Below, piece after piece: positions 14,576 through 23,648 of a DNA stretch of 23,648 nucleotides; positions within the stretch are counted from its first letter, which is position 1; each line of letters starts with the position of its first letter. Both the position numbers and the translations under genes were made by a program. Origin of the DNA: a bacterium (GTDB taxonomy: Bacteria > RBG-13-61-14 > DATKZS01). Below the pieces are notes generated by a model, which saw only the letters and a program-made list of their open reading frames with translations, did not search any database and was not told the origin of the DNA. Where the stretch lies: the NCBI GenBank assembly GCA_046484135.1, contig JAWOBU010000077.1, forward strand, positions 1 through 23,648. Reading direction: 5' to 3'.

Positions 14576-15976
14576 ATGGATAAATTTCCGGAGGCTGACT
14601 GGGTCTCCCGGGTGCGGAACGATATGGTAAGCACTCCCGAAGCTACTGATGCATATGTTTCCAAGCTGATCCTGGAGAGCATCAACGACGGTGTTTTCAC
14701 CACTGACCGGCACTGCCGGATCGCGAGCTTCAACCGTGCGGCGGAGCGTATTACGGGCTTCAGCCGTGATGAGGCGGTGGGCAACTACTGTTTCGACATC
14801 TTCAGAAGCGACATCTGCCACTCTCACTGCGCTCTTCTCGACACCCTGGAGAAAGGCGATTCCCACCGGCACGTGCGGGCCACCATCATCACCAGGAGCG
14901 GCAAGCAGGTCCCCATCTCGGTTACCACCAACGTGCTCCGCGACAACGACGGCAACCTGATCGGCGCGGTCGAGTTCTTCCAGGACCTCTCCCAGGTCGA
15001 GAACCTGCGGGCGCGCATCTCCGAGCTCGAATGTATTGACGAGATGGCCTCGGCCAACCCGGAGATGCAACGCATAATAAACCTCCTGCCCGATATCGGG
15101 TCCTCCGAGTGCAACGTGCTCATCATGGGTCCCTCCGGCGCCGGCAAAGAGCTTATCTCCCGCGCGCTCCACAACCTGTCCCCCCGGAAGGACGGCCCCT
15201 ACATCCGCATCAACTGCGCCGCGCTTCCGGAAACACTCCTCGAATCGGAGCTGTTCGGCTACATGAAGGGCGCGTTCACCGACGCCAAGCGGGACAAGGA
15301 AGGTCTGTTCCTGGCGGCGAGCGGCGGGACCCTGCTTCTGGACGAGATCGCGGAGATGCCCATGTCGCTGCAGGTGAAGCTTTTGCGGGTCTTGCAGGAC
15401 GGCGAGTTCCAGCCCTTGGGCTCGACCAAGACCATGAAGACCAACGCCCGGATTCTCGCGACCACCAACCGCGACATCGAGCGCATGGTGGAAGAGGAGA
15501 CCTTCCGGGAGGACCTCTACTACCGGATCAACATCATCACCGTGCGCGTGCCCCCTTTAAAGGACCGGCCCGAGGACCTGCCCCGACTGGTGGACTTCTT
15601 TGTCCAGAAGTTCCGCGACAAAAGAGGCAAAGCCATCCAGGGACTCTCCGCAGAGGCTCTGAAGCTGTTGCGGAGCTACGACTTCCCCGGTAACGTCCGC
15701 GAGCTCGAAAACGCCATCGAGCACGCCTTTGTGCTCTGCCACGACTCCATCATCGGGGCCGAACATCTGCCCGCCCGCATCGTCTCGGGCGCGGAAAAAC
15801 AGGCCGGCACTCCCCCCGAAAGCGACCTTTCCGAAGAAGACATGATACGGCAGACCCTCGAACGAAAAGCCGGCAACCGCCGGAAAGCCGCCCGCGAGCT
15901 CGGCATGCACCGGACCACCCTCTGGAGAAAAATGAAAAAGTACGGGCTTGACCATATGGAAGAAGCCGGGGAGTAG
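14576..15976 (+). CDS. PAS-domain sigma54-dependent activator, OrpR-like
   Basis: PAS domain with C72-X8-C81-X3-C85; Walker A GPSGAGKE, ESELFG, GAFTDA, LLLDE, FREDLYYR, FPGNVREL; Fis-type HTH AARELGMHRTTLWRKM. Confidence 0.95.
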   Translation: MDKFPEADWVSRVRNDMVSTPEATDAYVSKLILESINDGVFTTDRHCRIASFNRAAERITGFSRDEAVGNYCFDIFRSDICHSHCALLDTLEKGDSHRHVRATIITRSGKQVPISVTTNVLRDNDGNLIGAVEFFQDLSQVENLRARISELECIDEMASANPEMQRIINLLPDIGSSECNVLIMGPSGAGKELISRALHNLSPRKDGPYIRINCAALPETLLESELFGYMKGAFTDAKRDKEGLFLAASGGTLLLDEIAEMPMSLQVKLLRVLQDGEFQPLGSTKTMKTNARILATTNRDIERMVEEETFREDLYYRINIITVRVPPLKDRPEDLPRLVDFFVQKFRDKRGKAIQGLSAEALKLLRSYDFPGNVRELENAIEHAFVLCHDSIIGAEHLPARIVSGAEKQAGTPPESDLSEEDMIRQTLERKAGNRRKAARELGMHRTTLWRKMKKYGLDHMEEAGE

Positions 15977-16051
15977 GAGAAGGTTCTGAAGGCAACCGCT
16001 TCAGACGATGGGTCACTCCACCATAAAATTTATTGGAGGGCTAATCTTAAA

Positions 16052-16073
16052 AAACAGGAGACTGTCCCTGTTT
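16052..16073. terminator. hairpin between convergent genes (terminator or REP-like)
   Basis: AAACAGG-AGACTGTC-CCTGTTT. Confidence 0.45.
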
Positions 16074-16120
16074 CTCAAACCAGCGGCCGCCATACGGTTT
16101 TTTGAAGGAGTCGCTAAAAT

Positions 16121-17002
16121 TTATTTCAAGTCCTTGGCGCAACGGAATCCCACGAAGTTGGCGTCCATGGGATAGACGTGCCTGGAGCGGTCCACGGTCT
16201 GAAGGCCCACGGGGCTGTCGTCAAAGCCGCCGCCGCGCCAGACGCGAGCGCCGCCGAGCACGTAAAGCGGTCCTTTGGGGTTCTTGTCCGGGCTCTTTTG
16301 GTAATAGTCCTCCTTGTACCAGTCCGCGGTCCATTCAGGCGCGTTGCCGGTCATGTCCAGCGCTCCATAAGGGCTCGCGTTCTCCGGATAGCTCCCTACC
16401 GGCGCGGTCTTGGCATAGCCGTCGTCCCAGTCCCGGCAGGCCCAGTCCTTTTCGCAGTTCTTGTCGCAAAAGTTGGCCTTGGTCCCGTCAAACTCGTTGC
16501 CCCACGAGTACATCCTCTCATCAGTGCCGCGGGCCGCCTTCTCCCACTCCGCCTCGGTGGGAAGCCGCTTGTCAACCCACTCGCAGTAATCCTTCGCTCC
16601 TTCCCATTTGACCCCTACCACCGGCTGTTTATCACCGGTAAAACCGTCGTGCTTCAGGTTGGGATCGCATTCGTCCGCGGACACACACTTGTTGTACTCC
16701 GCCTGCGTCACTTCGTGCTTGTCTATGTAATACCCGTCCAGCCAAACCTGGTGCGCAGGCGCTTCTCGTTTGAACTCCTCTCTTTTACACTTGTCCCCAT
16801 TGAACTTCCGGCACTCTTGCAATGCCTTCTCAACCTCCATGCCCATGGTGAACTCACCCTCGGGCACATGCACCATGCCCGCCGGAGCCGACTTCTTCCC
16901 GGAAGCTTTCCCCCCGTCCGAGGCATAAAGCGCAAGGGCAAAGCCAGTTAGGAGCGCCACTCCCAAAATAACCGCCGGCGCCGATCCCGATTTTATTCTC
17001 AT
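16121..17002 (-). CDS. exported FGE-sulfatase (SUMF1-like) domain protein
   Basis: Signal peptide; MVHVPEGEFTMG, HEVT, KRLPTEAEWEKAARG, GALDMTGN..EW, RGG and GFRC motifs. Confidence 0.93.
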   Translation of the reverse strand: MRIKSGSAPAVILGVALLTGFALALYASDGGKASGKKSAPAGMVHVPEGEFTMGMEVEKALQECRKFNGDKCKREEFKREAPAHQVWLDGYYIDKHEVTQAEYNKCVSADECDPNLKHDGFTGDKQPVVGVKWEGAKDYCEWVDKRLPTEAEWEKAARGTDERMYSWGNEFDGTKANFCDKNCEKDWACRDWDDGYAKTAPVGSYPENASPYGALDMTGNAPEWTADWYKEDYYQKSPDKNPKGPLYVLGGARVWRGGGFDDSPVGLQTVDRSRHVYPMDANFVGFRCAKDLK

Positions 17003-17067
17003 GGCCTGTCTCCTCCTTTCCCCGGTTTCGGGGCTTGTAATTCAAGCGGATATGAAGACGGGGGTGA

Positions 17068-17898
17068 TTACTTGTCCGGGTACTCCTTACCCGTTATTTT
17101 TTTCCAGAGCTTTTTGCCGTCCTTGATGGCGATGCGGTTTGTCGCCTCCGCCTCGGGCATGGAGCACGGGTCAATGGCCAGTCCCTTTTCGAGAATATCG
17201 AGTGCCTTTTGTTTGTCCTCGAAGTAGTTGTAGTAAAAGCGGGCCTTGTACACGTAGTTTTCTATGTAGTGAGGATGCTTCTCGATGGCGGTGTTGATCT
17301 CGGCGACCGCCTCGTTCACGTCCCATCCCACCATCTTCACGGCCAGCTTGGGCACACGGGTGAGGATTTCGGACCAGAGCCTGCCGGGTGCGCCGTAGTC
17401 GTAGTCGGGATCAATTTTTTTGGTATCCTCGGAGTGGCCGTAGATGGCGGGAAAGGCCGCGGCCTGGGAAATAACGCTGCTGAACTCTTTGCCGGCCGCC
17501 TTGTTCACCGCGACCCAGTAATGGGCTGCCGCGGTTTCCTCGAGCTCCAGGGACCGCTCTGCGTACTCTAAGCCTTTTCCGTAAATCTCCTCGAGCTTTT
17601 GCTGCTGCTCTTCGGTTTCTTTGGGAAGCTCGTTTCCGTAGCTCCAGTAGTAGCGGGCGAGATCGACCAGGATCATGGGGTTTTGCGGGTCTGCCTGGTT
17701 GGCTTTTTCCATGAGCTCGATGCACTGCTTGAAAATCTCGGGAGTGGCGCCGGTCTTCTCCAGCTCCCAGGCCCGGTCTATATACTTCTGCGCCTTGGGG
17801 ACATCGGAGACCGGCTTGGGATGCGGCTTGGCAAAAGCCGAGACAGAAAGCAGAAGTACGATTGACGTGCTCAACCAAACCTTAAGTATTCTACTCAT
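17068..17898 (-). CDS. exported TPR-like protein (TatT/BstC-like), paralog of 12992-14194
   Basis: Signal peptide ending SAFA; GLEYAERSLEL..AAAHYW, DPDYDYGA and HPHYIENY motifs; GAGGAGG RBS. Confidence 0.8.
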   Translation of the reverse strand: MSRILKVWLSTSIVLLLSVSAFAKPHPKPVSDVPKAQKYIDRAWELEKTGATPEIFKQCIELMEKANQADPQNPMILVDLARYYWSYGNELPKETEEQQQKLEEIYGKGLEYAERSLELEETAAAHYWVAVNKAAGKEFSSVISQAAAFPAIYGHSEDTKKIDPDYDYGAPGRLWSEILTRVPKLAVKMVGWDVNEAVAEINTAIEKHPHYIENYVYKARFYYNYFEDKQKALDILEKGLAIDPCSMPEAEATNRIAIKDGKKLWKKITGKEYPDK

Positions 17899-18011
17899 GG
17901 AGTCCTCCTCTTGTTTTTAGAAAATAATATAATACCAAAATCATTAGACACGCAAGTGGGCGCGAAAAGGGTTTCAGCCGGGCGCGTGAAGATAATAACC
18001 CTGGCCATCCC

Positions 18012-18138
18012 CCTGGGACCGCCAGGCTCCAGCCTGGCTCTTTTCTTTGGATTTTTTGTCTGGCGTTCGTGTTTTTCCTTGCCGGTCATCGGTGATTTTG
18101 TAATCGTCTTTGCCGGGCTGGAGCCCGGCGCTCCCGGG
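18012..18138. repeat. inverted REP pair (REPIN-like), second family
   Basis: CCTGGGACC-GCCAGGCT-CC-AGCCTGGC (18012-18038); the reverse complement of 18112-18138 is CCCGGGAGC-GCCGGGCT-CC-AGCCCGGC. Confidence 0.8.
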
Positions 18139-18147
18139 GAGAGTAAC

Positions 18148-19284
18148 CTATTTTTTCCATGCTCTTTCTTCCGCCCAGACCGACTTTATGCCCACGCCTA
18201 TGACCCAGGTCTCGGCGTAGGGCCAGGCCACCAGGCCGCCGTCTTTGGTGGCTAGCTTATCCTTAAGCTCGTGCACGTAGCTTTCGATCCGGGCCGGGTC
18301 GTTTTTCGGATAGACGTTCTGGATGTCAACGGAGGCGAAGATGCAAATCCTGCCGGCGGCGTTTTCCGATAGCCAGTCAATGCCGCACATGTTCGGGCTG
18401 TCGAGCTGGAGAAAATCGAGGCCCGACTCGATCATAAGCGGCACCAGCGCCCTTATGTCTCCGCAGGAGTGGAGCCCGCAGTGCATGCCGAGTTTATGGC
18501 AATGATCGCTGATGCGCTTGTAGCGGGGCAGGAAGAACCTCTCGAAGTGGCGCGGTGAGACGAGCGGCCCGTTCTGCGAGCCCCAGTCGTCCACCAGCAT
18601 GAAGCCGTCCGCGCCGGCACGATGGAAGCTGTCCACCATGTCCACGGTCATGTGGGTAAGCATGTCGAGCAGCCGCTCCGACTCGTCCGCATGGAGGACC
18701 AGGTCGGTCATGGAGTTCTCGAACCCCCGAAGATACTGGAACCTCTCCCGGATGCTGTTGGTGTCCACCCCCAGGCGGTAGCGGTCTCCGTCAAGCCACT
18801 TGGACAGCCTTGCTGATTGCTCGAACCGCGAGAAGTCCTTCATGTCCGGAAGTTCATAACCGTCCAGCATATGCCAGCCGTCCTCGAGCGGGCACTTTAC
18901 GGTCTCGCCCAGGCTGGTCCGGCCGGACGCGCGCCATATCGTGCCGAACTCGTCAATCGCGGTCCGGTCCTCCTTGAGCCAGCTCGTGCCGCGGCGCGCT
19001 TTCCACTTCCAGGCCCGGGCGCTCACGAACCCCGGATGCACGTAAGGGTAATAGCCGTCGGGCGGCTGCCAGGACTGCGGCGGGTTATGGAACAGGAACC
19101 AGAAGTCCAGCTTCTGGTGCGGTACCCGGTCGGGCCCCTTGAACTCGATGGCCCGGCACGCCCGCTCCTTCCGGGACATGGCCTGTCTGCCGGGCGCATA
19201 CTTTTCTTTGAGCGCGTGCAGGAACACCTTTACCGGCGTAAGCTTGGTGAGCTCGATTTGCAGCCGGTGCAGGTTTGTGCTCAT
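18148..19284 (-). CDS. uroporphyrinogen decarboxylase / MtaA-like family protein
   Basis: AIEFKGPDRVP, DEFGTIW, LRGFEN, DDWGSQNGPLVSP, LHSCG, IFASVDIQ; start uncertain. Confidence 0.85.
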   Translation of the reverse strand: MSTNLHRLQIELTKLTPVKVFLHALKEKYAPGRQAMSRKERACRAIEFKGPDRVPHQKLDFWFLFHNPPQSWQPPDGYYPYVHPGFVSARAWKWKARRGTSWLKEDRTAIDEFGTIWRASGRTSLGETVKCPLEDGWHMLDGYELPDMKDFSRFEQSARLSKWLDGDRYRLGVDTNSIRERFQYLRGFENSMTDLVLHADESERLLDMLTHMTVDMVDSFHRAGADGFMLVDDWGSQNGPLVSPRHFERFFLPRYKRISDHCHKLGMHCGLHSCGDIRALVPLMIESGLDFLQLDSPNMCGIDWLSENAAGRICIFASVDIQNVYPKNDPARIESYVHELKDKLATKDGGLVAWPYAETWVIGVGIKSVWAEERAWKK

Positions 19285-19294
19285 CAATCTTTTT

Positions 19295-20704
19295 TTAACC
19301 TTCCCGGCAGATGTATTGAAGATTGTCCATCCATTCCGAGAGCCGCTCGGAGAAGTCCGCGATGCCTTTCATGCGCACGAACACGGGATTGGTGAAAAGC
19401 ATGCTCGCGGGCTCGGTGGAAGGCCTTTTGCCTTCCTCTGGCTCAAGGTACGGTCCTTCAACCTCGACCCGGTAGAAGGCGGGAAGGTTCTTAATAAAGA
19501 CCTCCCGGTCCCGGTACTGGAAGCTGCATTCATCGGTTTCATAAATGACCTCTCCGTTCCGGATGAGCTTTACGGTTACGTTTTTGATGGGATGGTCCAG
19601 GCTGAAGCGGACCACCGGCGGTTCGGAGAGGGTGATATCTTTGCCGAACATGATGGGCCCGGCCGGCTCGCCGTCCGCGGAGACCGAGAACTCGGTTACA
19701 TAAGTGTCTTGGAAAGCTCTGCCTTGCAGGCTTACCATGCGTCCTTCCCGCATGCAGCGGTAGACCTCTTCTTCGCTCCACTCCTTCATGTAAAAAAGGG
19801 TGGTGCTCCGGAACAGGCTTCCCTTGGGACCATGGTAGTCCGCGTCCGCATTGGCCCAGAGCGGCTCCTCCCGGAAGCCGAGCATGTAATCGGACAACAC
19901 CGTGTCCCAGTAGCCTCCCGCCGCTCCCGCGATCTGCCGGCCTTGCGGAAGGATGGAAAAGCCGGTGAGGCCCGGAAGCTCGAACACGTGATAGGGCCGC
20001 GGCACGCTCGTGGCGTGGATGATTCTCCCGCTCCATATGTCCTGGTAGGACTCGACGTGCACTGCGTGGACGATGCCTCCGTGGTCCTTTATATAGTTTA
20101 CGAAGTTCCGGTAGGGCTTGATGCCGGGATCGAGCTCCGGCTCGAGGGTGTCCAGTTTTCTACGGGCGGGCATGTCGGCGTAGATGGAAGGGTCGTGGAT
20201 GTCGTAAACGGTAAAGTGGGCGTTTTGGTTGGTGATGACCATGTGCGGGAACTTGCCCGCGTTATAGAACCAGGGCATGACCTCGACGCCGATAAGGACG
20301 ATCAGGTCCGGGTTTTCGCGCTTTAACTTGCGGAGCCTTTTGAAGTACTCGTCATAGCCGATCTTTTCGATGCCGTTAAAGGTGATGCACATCCCGGTGT
20401 CCTTGTAACAGAAGTCCCCCTCCCGGTGGTCGGTAATGGCCAGGATGGACATGCCTTCCCGGCGGGCCTGTTTTATGAGGTCCGCGGGCTCCCGGCAGCC
20501 GTCGGAGATGATGGTATGGTTATGGAGAGACGCCCGGGCCACCGTCCAGTCGCCGTGCCGGTACTTGGGGGTATGGGAGGTGAACTCTCTTTCAGCCAGC
20601 GGCACCGGTTCATTGGAAGTGAAGTACTTGGCGATGGAACAGCCGCCGAGAAAGAACAAAGGCACTATGAAGAGTGCGGCCAGGGCCTTTTTATAACTTG
20701 TCAT
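19295..20704 (-). CDS. PHP-domain metallophosphoesterase lipoprotein
   Basis: ATG 20704 after AAGGAGG; lipobox LGGC; SLHNHTIISDG, AITDH, GVE, AVH and DADYH metal motifs. Confidence 0.87.
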   Translation of the reverse strand: MTSYKKALAALFIVPLFFLGGCSIAKYFTSNEPVPLAEREFTSHTPKYRHGDWTVARASLHNHTIISDGCREPADLIKQARREGMSILAITDHREGDFCYKDTGMCITFNGIEKIGYDEYFKRLRKLKRENPDLIVLIGVEVMPWFYNAGKFPHMVITNQNAHFTVYDIHDPSIYADMPARRKLDTLEPELDPGIKPYRNFVNYIKDHGGIVHAVHVESYQDIWSGRIIHATSVPRPYHVFELPGLTGFSILPQGRQIAGAAGGYWDTVLSDYMLGFREEPLWANADADYHGPKGSLFRSTTLFYMKEWSEEEVYRCMREGRMVSLQGRAFQDTYVTEFSVSADGEPAGPIMFGKDITLSEPPVVRFSLDHPIKNVTVKLIRNGEVIYETDECSFQYRDREVFIKNLPAFYRVEVEGPYLEPEEGKRPSTEPASMLFTNPVFVRMKGIADFSERLSEWMDNLQYICREG

Positions 20705-20727
20705 CCGGGTCCTCCTTGAACGGACTT

Positions 20728-21579
20728 CTAATAATCGTATACCCCTTTGCCGGTTTTTCTGCCCAGGTGGCCGGCGCGGACCAGCTTTTTCAGTAGCGGC
20801 GCCGGCCGGTACTTGTCCCCCAGCTCCTCGTGGAGGGTGTTTACACAGGAGAGGATCACGTCCAGGCCCGAGGCGTCTGCCGCGGCCAGCGGACCGAGCG
20901 GCATGCCCAGACCCTTCTCGCACGCTTTGTCTATCTCCTCCGCGGAAGCGACTCCCTCGGAAAGCGTGAACAAGGCCTCGTTCAAAAGAGGGATGTAAAG
21001 ACGGTTTATGACAAACGCCGGAGAGTCGTGCACCACCACCGTGTCCTTGCCGCAGGCCCGGAGTACGTCCACCGCCCGGTCCATGGTCTCGTCCGAGGTG
21101 CCCTGTCCGCGCACTATCTCCACCAGCGGCGTCAAGGCCGCGGGGATAAGGAAATGGGCGCCCAGGCACCTGTCCGGCCGGCCGGTCGTAGAGCCGATCT
21201 CCGTAACCGACAGGGTGCTGGTGTTGGACGCGATGATGGTCTCCGCTGGTGCGGCCCGGTCCGCTTGCGAGAACACTCCCTTCTTGGTCTCCATGTCCTC
21301 GAACACCGCCTCCATGATAAAGTCGGCGTCGGCAGCCGCGGACTCGAGGTCCAGCACCGGATCAAGGTTCGCGAACAGAGACTCTGCGTCCTCGCCGCTC
21401 ATCTTGCCCTTTTTCACCCGCCGGTCCACAAAAGCGTGGATGCGGTCCATGCCCTGGTCCAGCCGCGACCGCTCGTTCTCCACCACCGCGGTCTTGAAGC
21501 CCCCTGCCGCGAACACCACCGCTATCTGACTGCCCATGGTGCCCAGGCCGACAACGCATACCTTCTTGATCTTTTCCAT
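20728..21579 (-). CDS. 3-hydroxyacyl-CoA (3-hydroxybutyryl-CoA-type) dehydrogenase
   Basis: GLGTMG, EAVFED...KK, ASNTSTL, GAHF...[28 protein letters not shown]. Confidence 0.93.
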   Translation of the reverse strand: MEKIKKVCVVGLGTMGSQIAVVFAAGGFKTAVVENERSRLDQGMDRIHAFVDRRVKKGKMSGEDAESLFANLDPVLDLESAAADADFIMEAVFEDMETKKGVFSQADRAAPAETIIASNTSTLSVTEIGSTTGRPDRCLGAHFLIPAALTPLVEIVRGQGTSDETMDRAVDVLRACGKDTVVVHDSPAFVINRLYIPLLNEALFTLSEGVASAEEIDKACEKGLGMPLGPLAAADASGLDVILSCVNTLHEELGDKYRPAPLLKKLVRAGHLGRKTGKGVYDY

Positions 21580-21612
21580 CCGCGGACCTCCTGTTTCCCT
21601 AAGCCAGCCTCA

Positions 21613-21640
21613 ATTCTATCAAGGGGCCGCGCCAGTTCAA
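21613..21640 (-). promoter_or_regulatory. sigma70-type promoter of the dehydrogenase operon
   Basis: TTGAAC, 16-bp spacer, TAGAAT, with a TGn extension. Confidence 0.65.
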
Positions 21641-21673
21641 GAGAGAAGCACTTTACCGTTCCCATACCTCATA

Positions 21674-21714
21674 AGGCAGGGAGTAAGTTTATCGCCGGGA
21701 TTACTTCTCTGCCT
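21674..21714. terminator. imperfect inverted repeat downstream of hicA
   Basis: AGGCAGGGAGTAA (21674-21686) and TTACTTCTCTGCCT (21701-21714). Confidence 0.4.
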
Positions 21715-21764
21715 ATAAACGACAAGTGAATGCGTCAGCCTGCATGGGGGATCAAGGAGCTTTT

Positions 21765-21944
21765 TTACTCGAGACCGAGTTGCCTTTCAATCAACTTGAC
21801 CAGGGAGTCCCTTATTTCGGTATGGCGGGGAACCGGGGCTTTGCGGCCGTTAGCGGGATTTGCATAAATATCATGGCGGGAACCATGGCGGTGGAGGTAA
21901 CAGCCTCTTTGAACAAGAGACCGCACCAACTCTCCTCGTTTCAC
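21765..21944 (-). CDS. hicA: HicA family toxin (59 aa, absent from the ORF track)
   Basis: GTG start overlapping the hicB stop (GTGA); MKRGELVRSLVQRGCYLHRHGSRHDIYANPANGRKAPVPRHTEIRDSLVKLIERQLGLE. Confidence 0.92.
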   Translation of the reverse strand: MKRGELVRSLVQRGCYLHRHGSRHDIYANPANGRKAPVPRHTEIRDSLVKLIERQLGLE

Positions 21945-22147
21945 AAATCCACTCCAACCTCGATGGTGTGCGAGTCTGCATGGGCAGGTCCCTCTTCAGC
22001 GTCAAGCATCATTCTGTAAGCGTCAGCGATATTTTCTTTAAGCTCTTCCAGGGATTCCCCTTGACTGAATACTCCCGGAACCTCCTTAAGCCGTCCCACG
22101 TACCATTCTTTATCTTTCCAGTATTCTAGCGTGAAATACCTTTTCAT
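21941..22147 (-). CDS. hicB: short HicB family antitoxin (68 aa)
   Basis: GGAGG RBS before ATG 22147; WYVGRLKEVPGVFSQGESLEELKENIADA. Confidence 0.92.
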   Translation of the reverse strand: MKRYFTLEYWKDKEWYVGRLKEVPGVFSQGESLEELKENIADAYRMMLDAEEGPAHADSHTIEVGVDL

Positions 22148-22166
22148 GGTCAGCCTCCCAAAAAAT

Positions 22167-22195
22167 AATATAGCGGGTTTCGACGCGATTCTCAA
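22167..22195 (-). promoter_or_regulatory. sigma70 promoter of hicBA
   Basis: TTGAGA, 17-bp spacer, TATATT. Confidence 0.7.
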
Positions 22196-22205
22196 TCGGC
22201 CGGGA

Positions 22206-22234
22206 TTGCTTAACACCCGCGCTTTCTTTATAAT
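22206..22234 (+). promoter_or_regulatory. sigma70 promoter of aroC
   Basis: TTGCTT, 17-bp spacer, TATAAT. Confidence 0.75.
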
Positions 22235-22258
22235 ACCCTCACCTTCTGGAGAGGTGCC

Positions 22259-23359
22259 ATGACGGGAAGCGTTTTCGGACACATATTCCGGGTCATGACC
22301 TTTGGCGAGTCGCACGGGCCTGCGGTGGGCGCGGTGGTGGACGGCTGCCCGCCGGGGGTCGAGCTCGACGAGTCCGTGATCCAAAAGGACCTGGACCGGA
22401 GGCGGCCCGGCCAGAGCGAGGCCACCACCGCGCGGGACGAGCCGGACGCGGTGGAGATACTCTCCGGTGTGATAAACGGATACACCACCGGCACGCCCCT
22501 GGCCCTGCTTATCAGAAACCGGGACGCAGACCCTTCCGCTTATGACGAGTTAAAGGACCGGTTCCGGCCCGGCCACGGAGACCTGACCTATTTTTTGAAG
22601 TACGGCATCCGAGACCACCGGGGAGGCGGCAGGGCCTCCGGACGGGAGACCGCGGCCCGGGTGGCGGCCGGGGCCGTGGCCCGGCGTCTGCTCTCCGGCT
22701 TCGGGGTTTCGGTGCGGGGGGCCACGGTCCAAGTGGGATCAGTGATGGCGCGGGACCGCGACTATGCGGAGTCGGAGCGGAACCCGCTTCGCTGCCCGGA
22801 CGCCGAGGCCGCGGAGACCATGACGGTGCTGCTCCGAGAGGTCCGGGAAGAAGGCGACTCCGTGGGCGGTGTGGTCGAGGTAACAGCTTCGGGAGTGCCC
22901 GCCGGCCTGGGCGAGCCGGTGTTCGGCAAGCTGGACGCCTTGCTTGCCGGGGCCATGATGAGCATAGGCGCGGTCAAGGGGGTGGAGATAGGCGACGGAT
23001 TCGAGTGCGCGAGCCGCAGGGGCTCGGAGAACTCGGACCCCTTGTATAAAGACGCGGAGGGCAAGGTCCGCTCGCGCCATAACCGCGGCGGCGGAGTACT
23101 GGCCGGCATCTCCACCGGCGAGGACCTCCGGGTCCGGCTGGCTGTAAAGCCCATGGCCTCGATCTCGAAGGAGCAGGAGACAGTGGACGTAGAGGGCAAC
23201 AAGACCACGGTGCAGGTTAGGGGCCGCCACGACCCATGCCTGTGCCCGCGCATAGTGCCGGTGGCCGAAGCCATGATGTGCCTGGTCCTGGCGGACGCGC
23301 TTTTTCACCAGCGCGCCGTGACCGGCACGGCGGGTCCGGTGAGAGAGTTCAAGAGTTAA
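22259..23359 (+). CDS. aroC: chorismate synthase
   Basis: [46 protein letters not shown] and GRHDPC motifs. Confidence 0.98.
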   Translation: MTGSVFGHIFRVMTFGESHGPAVGAVVDGCPPGVELDESVIQKDLDRRRPGQSEATTARDEPDAVEILSGVINGYTTGTPLALLIRNRDADPSAYDELKDRFRPGHGDLTYFLKYGIRDHRGGGRASGRETAARVAAGAVARRLLSGFGVSVRGATVQVGSVMARDRDYAESERNPLRCPDAEAAETMTVLLREVREEGDSVGGVVEVTASGVPAGLGEPVFGKLDALLAGAMMSIGAVKGVEIGDGFECASRRGSENSDPLYKDAEGKVRSRHNRGGGVLAGISTGEDLRVRLAVKPMASISKEQETVDVEGNKTTVQVRGRHDPCLCPRIVPVAEAMMCLVLADALFHQRAVTGTAGPVREFKS

Positions 23360-23403
23360 GAGACCTTGTCCGGCAGATTGTTAAGCCAGACGGAGAGAAA
23401 AGC

Positions 23404-23648
23404 ATGTCAAAGGGCGGGGATAAAAAAGCCATACCTCGGATAGAATCGCTTCGAGTCAAAAACTATCGGGCTTTACACGATCTGGAACTCAAGCCCATAA
23501 GCCCGCTAAGTGTTTTTCTCGGGCCCAACGGCAGCGGCAAGTCCACAGTTTTCGACGTGTTCGCTTTCCTGTCCGAGTGTTTTACGGAAGGGCTCCGCCG
23601 TGCCTGGGACCGGCGCAACCGTTTCAAGGAGCTTCGCACCAGGGGAGC
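23404..23648 (+). CDS. AAA/ABC-type ATPase (AAA_21-like), 5' part only
   Basis: [24 protein letters not shown]...[20 protein letters not shown] (Walker A); runs off the window. Confidence 0.85.
   Translation, partial: MSKGGDKKAIPRIESLRVKNYRALHDLELKPISPLSVFLGPNGSGKSTVFDVFAFLSECFTEGLRRAWDRRNRFKELRTRG

Noticed and set aside
18148..19284. hemE assignment
   Set aside because: It lacks the N-terminal MRQAGR signature of true uroporphyrinogen decarboxylase.
20705..21169. N-terminal extension of the PHP ORF in the ORF track (likewise 22148-22384 for hicB and 12869-12964 for the CsgG-like gene)
   Set aside because: The extensions overlap other genes or intergenic DNA; internal ATGs have strong RBSs and, for the two lipoproteins, a signal peptide.

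Overview
GC-rich bacterial chromosomal window, most consistent with an anaerobic Gram-negative deltaproteobacterium-like organism (inferred from lpxC with a sigma54-type promoter, an Orp/NifX-family protein and an OrpR-like PAS-sigma54 activator). Housekeeping content: tRNA-Arg(UCU), lpxC, a 3-hydroxyacyl-CoA dehydrogenase and aroC. Accessory content: an MNT antitoxin with a broken HEPN toxin pseudogene inside 34-bp direct repeats; a REP-associated tyrosine transposase (RAYT) bracketed by 248-bp direct repeats and six REP hairpins; REP-like hairpins of other families; a hicBA pair (hicA is missing from the ORF track); and the 5' end of an AAA ATPase at the right edge. A five-gene envelope operon (TPR protein, CsgG-like lipoprotein, GNA1162-like lipoprotein, P1 peptidase, membrane protein) is divergent from the Fe-S-motif activator. 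The left edge looks like a tRNA-integrated island junction. All family calls come from motif recognition by eye; no searches were run.
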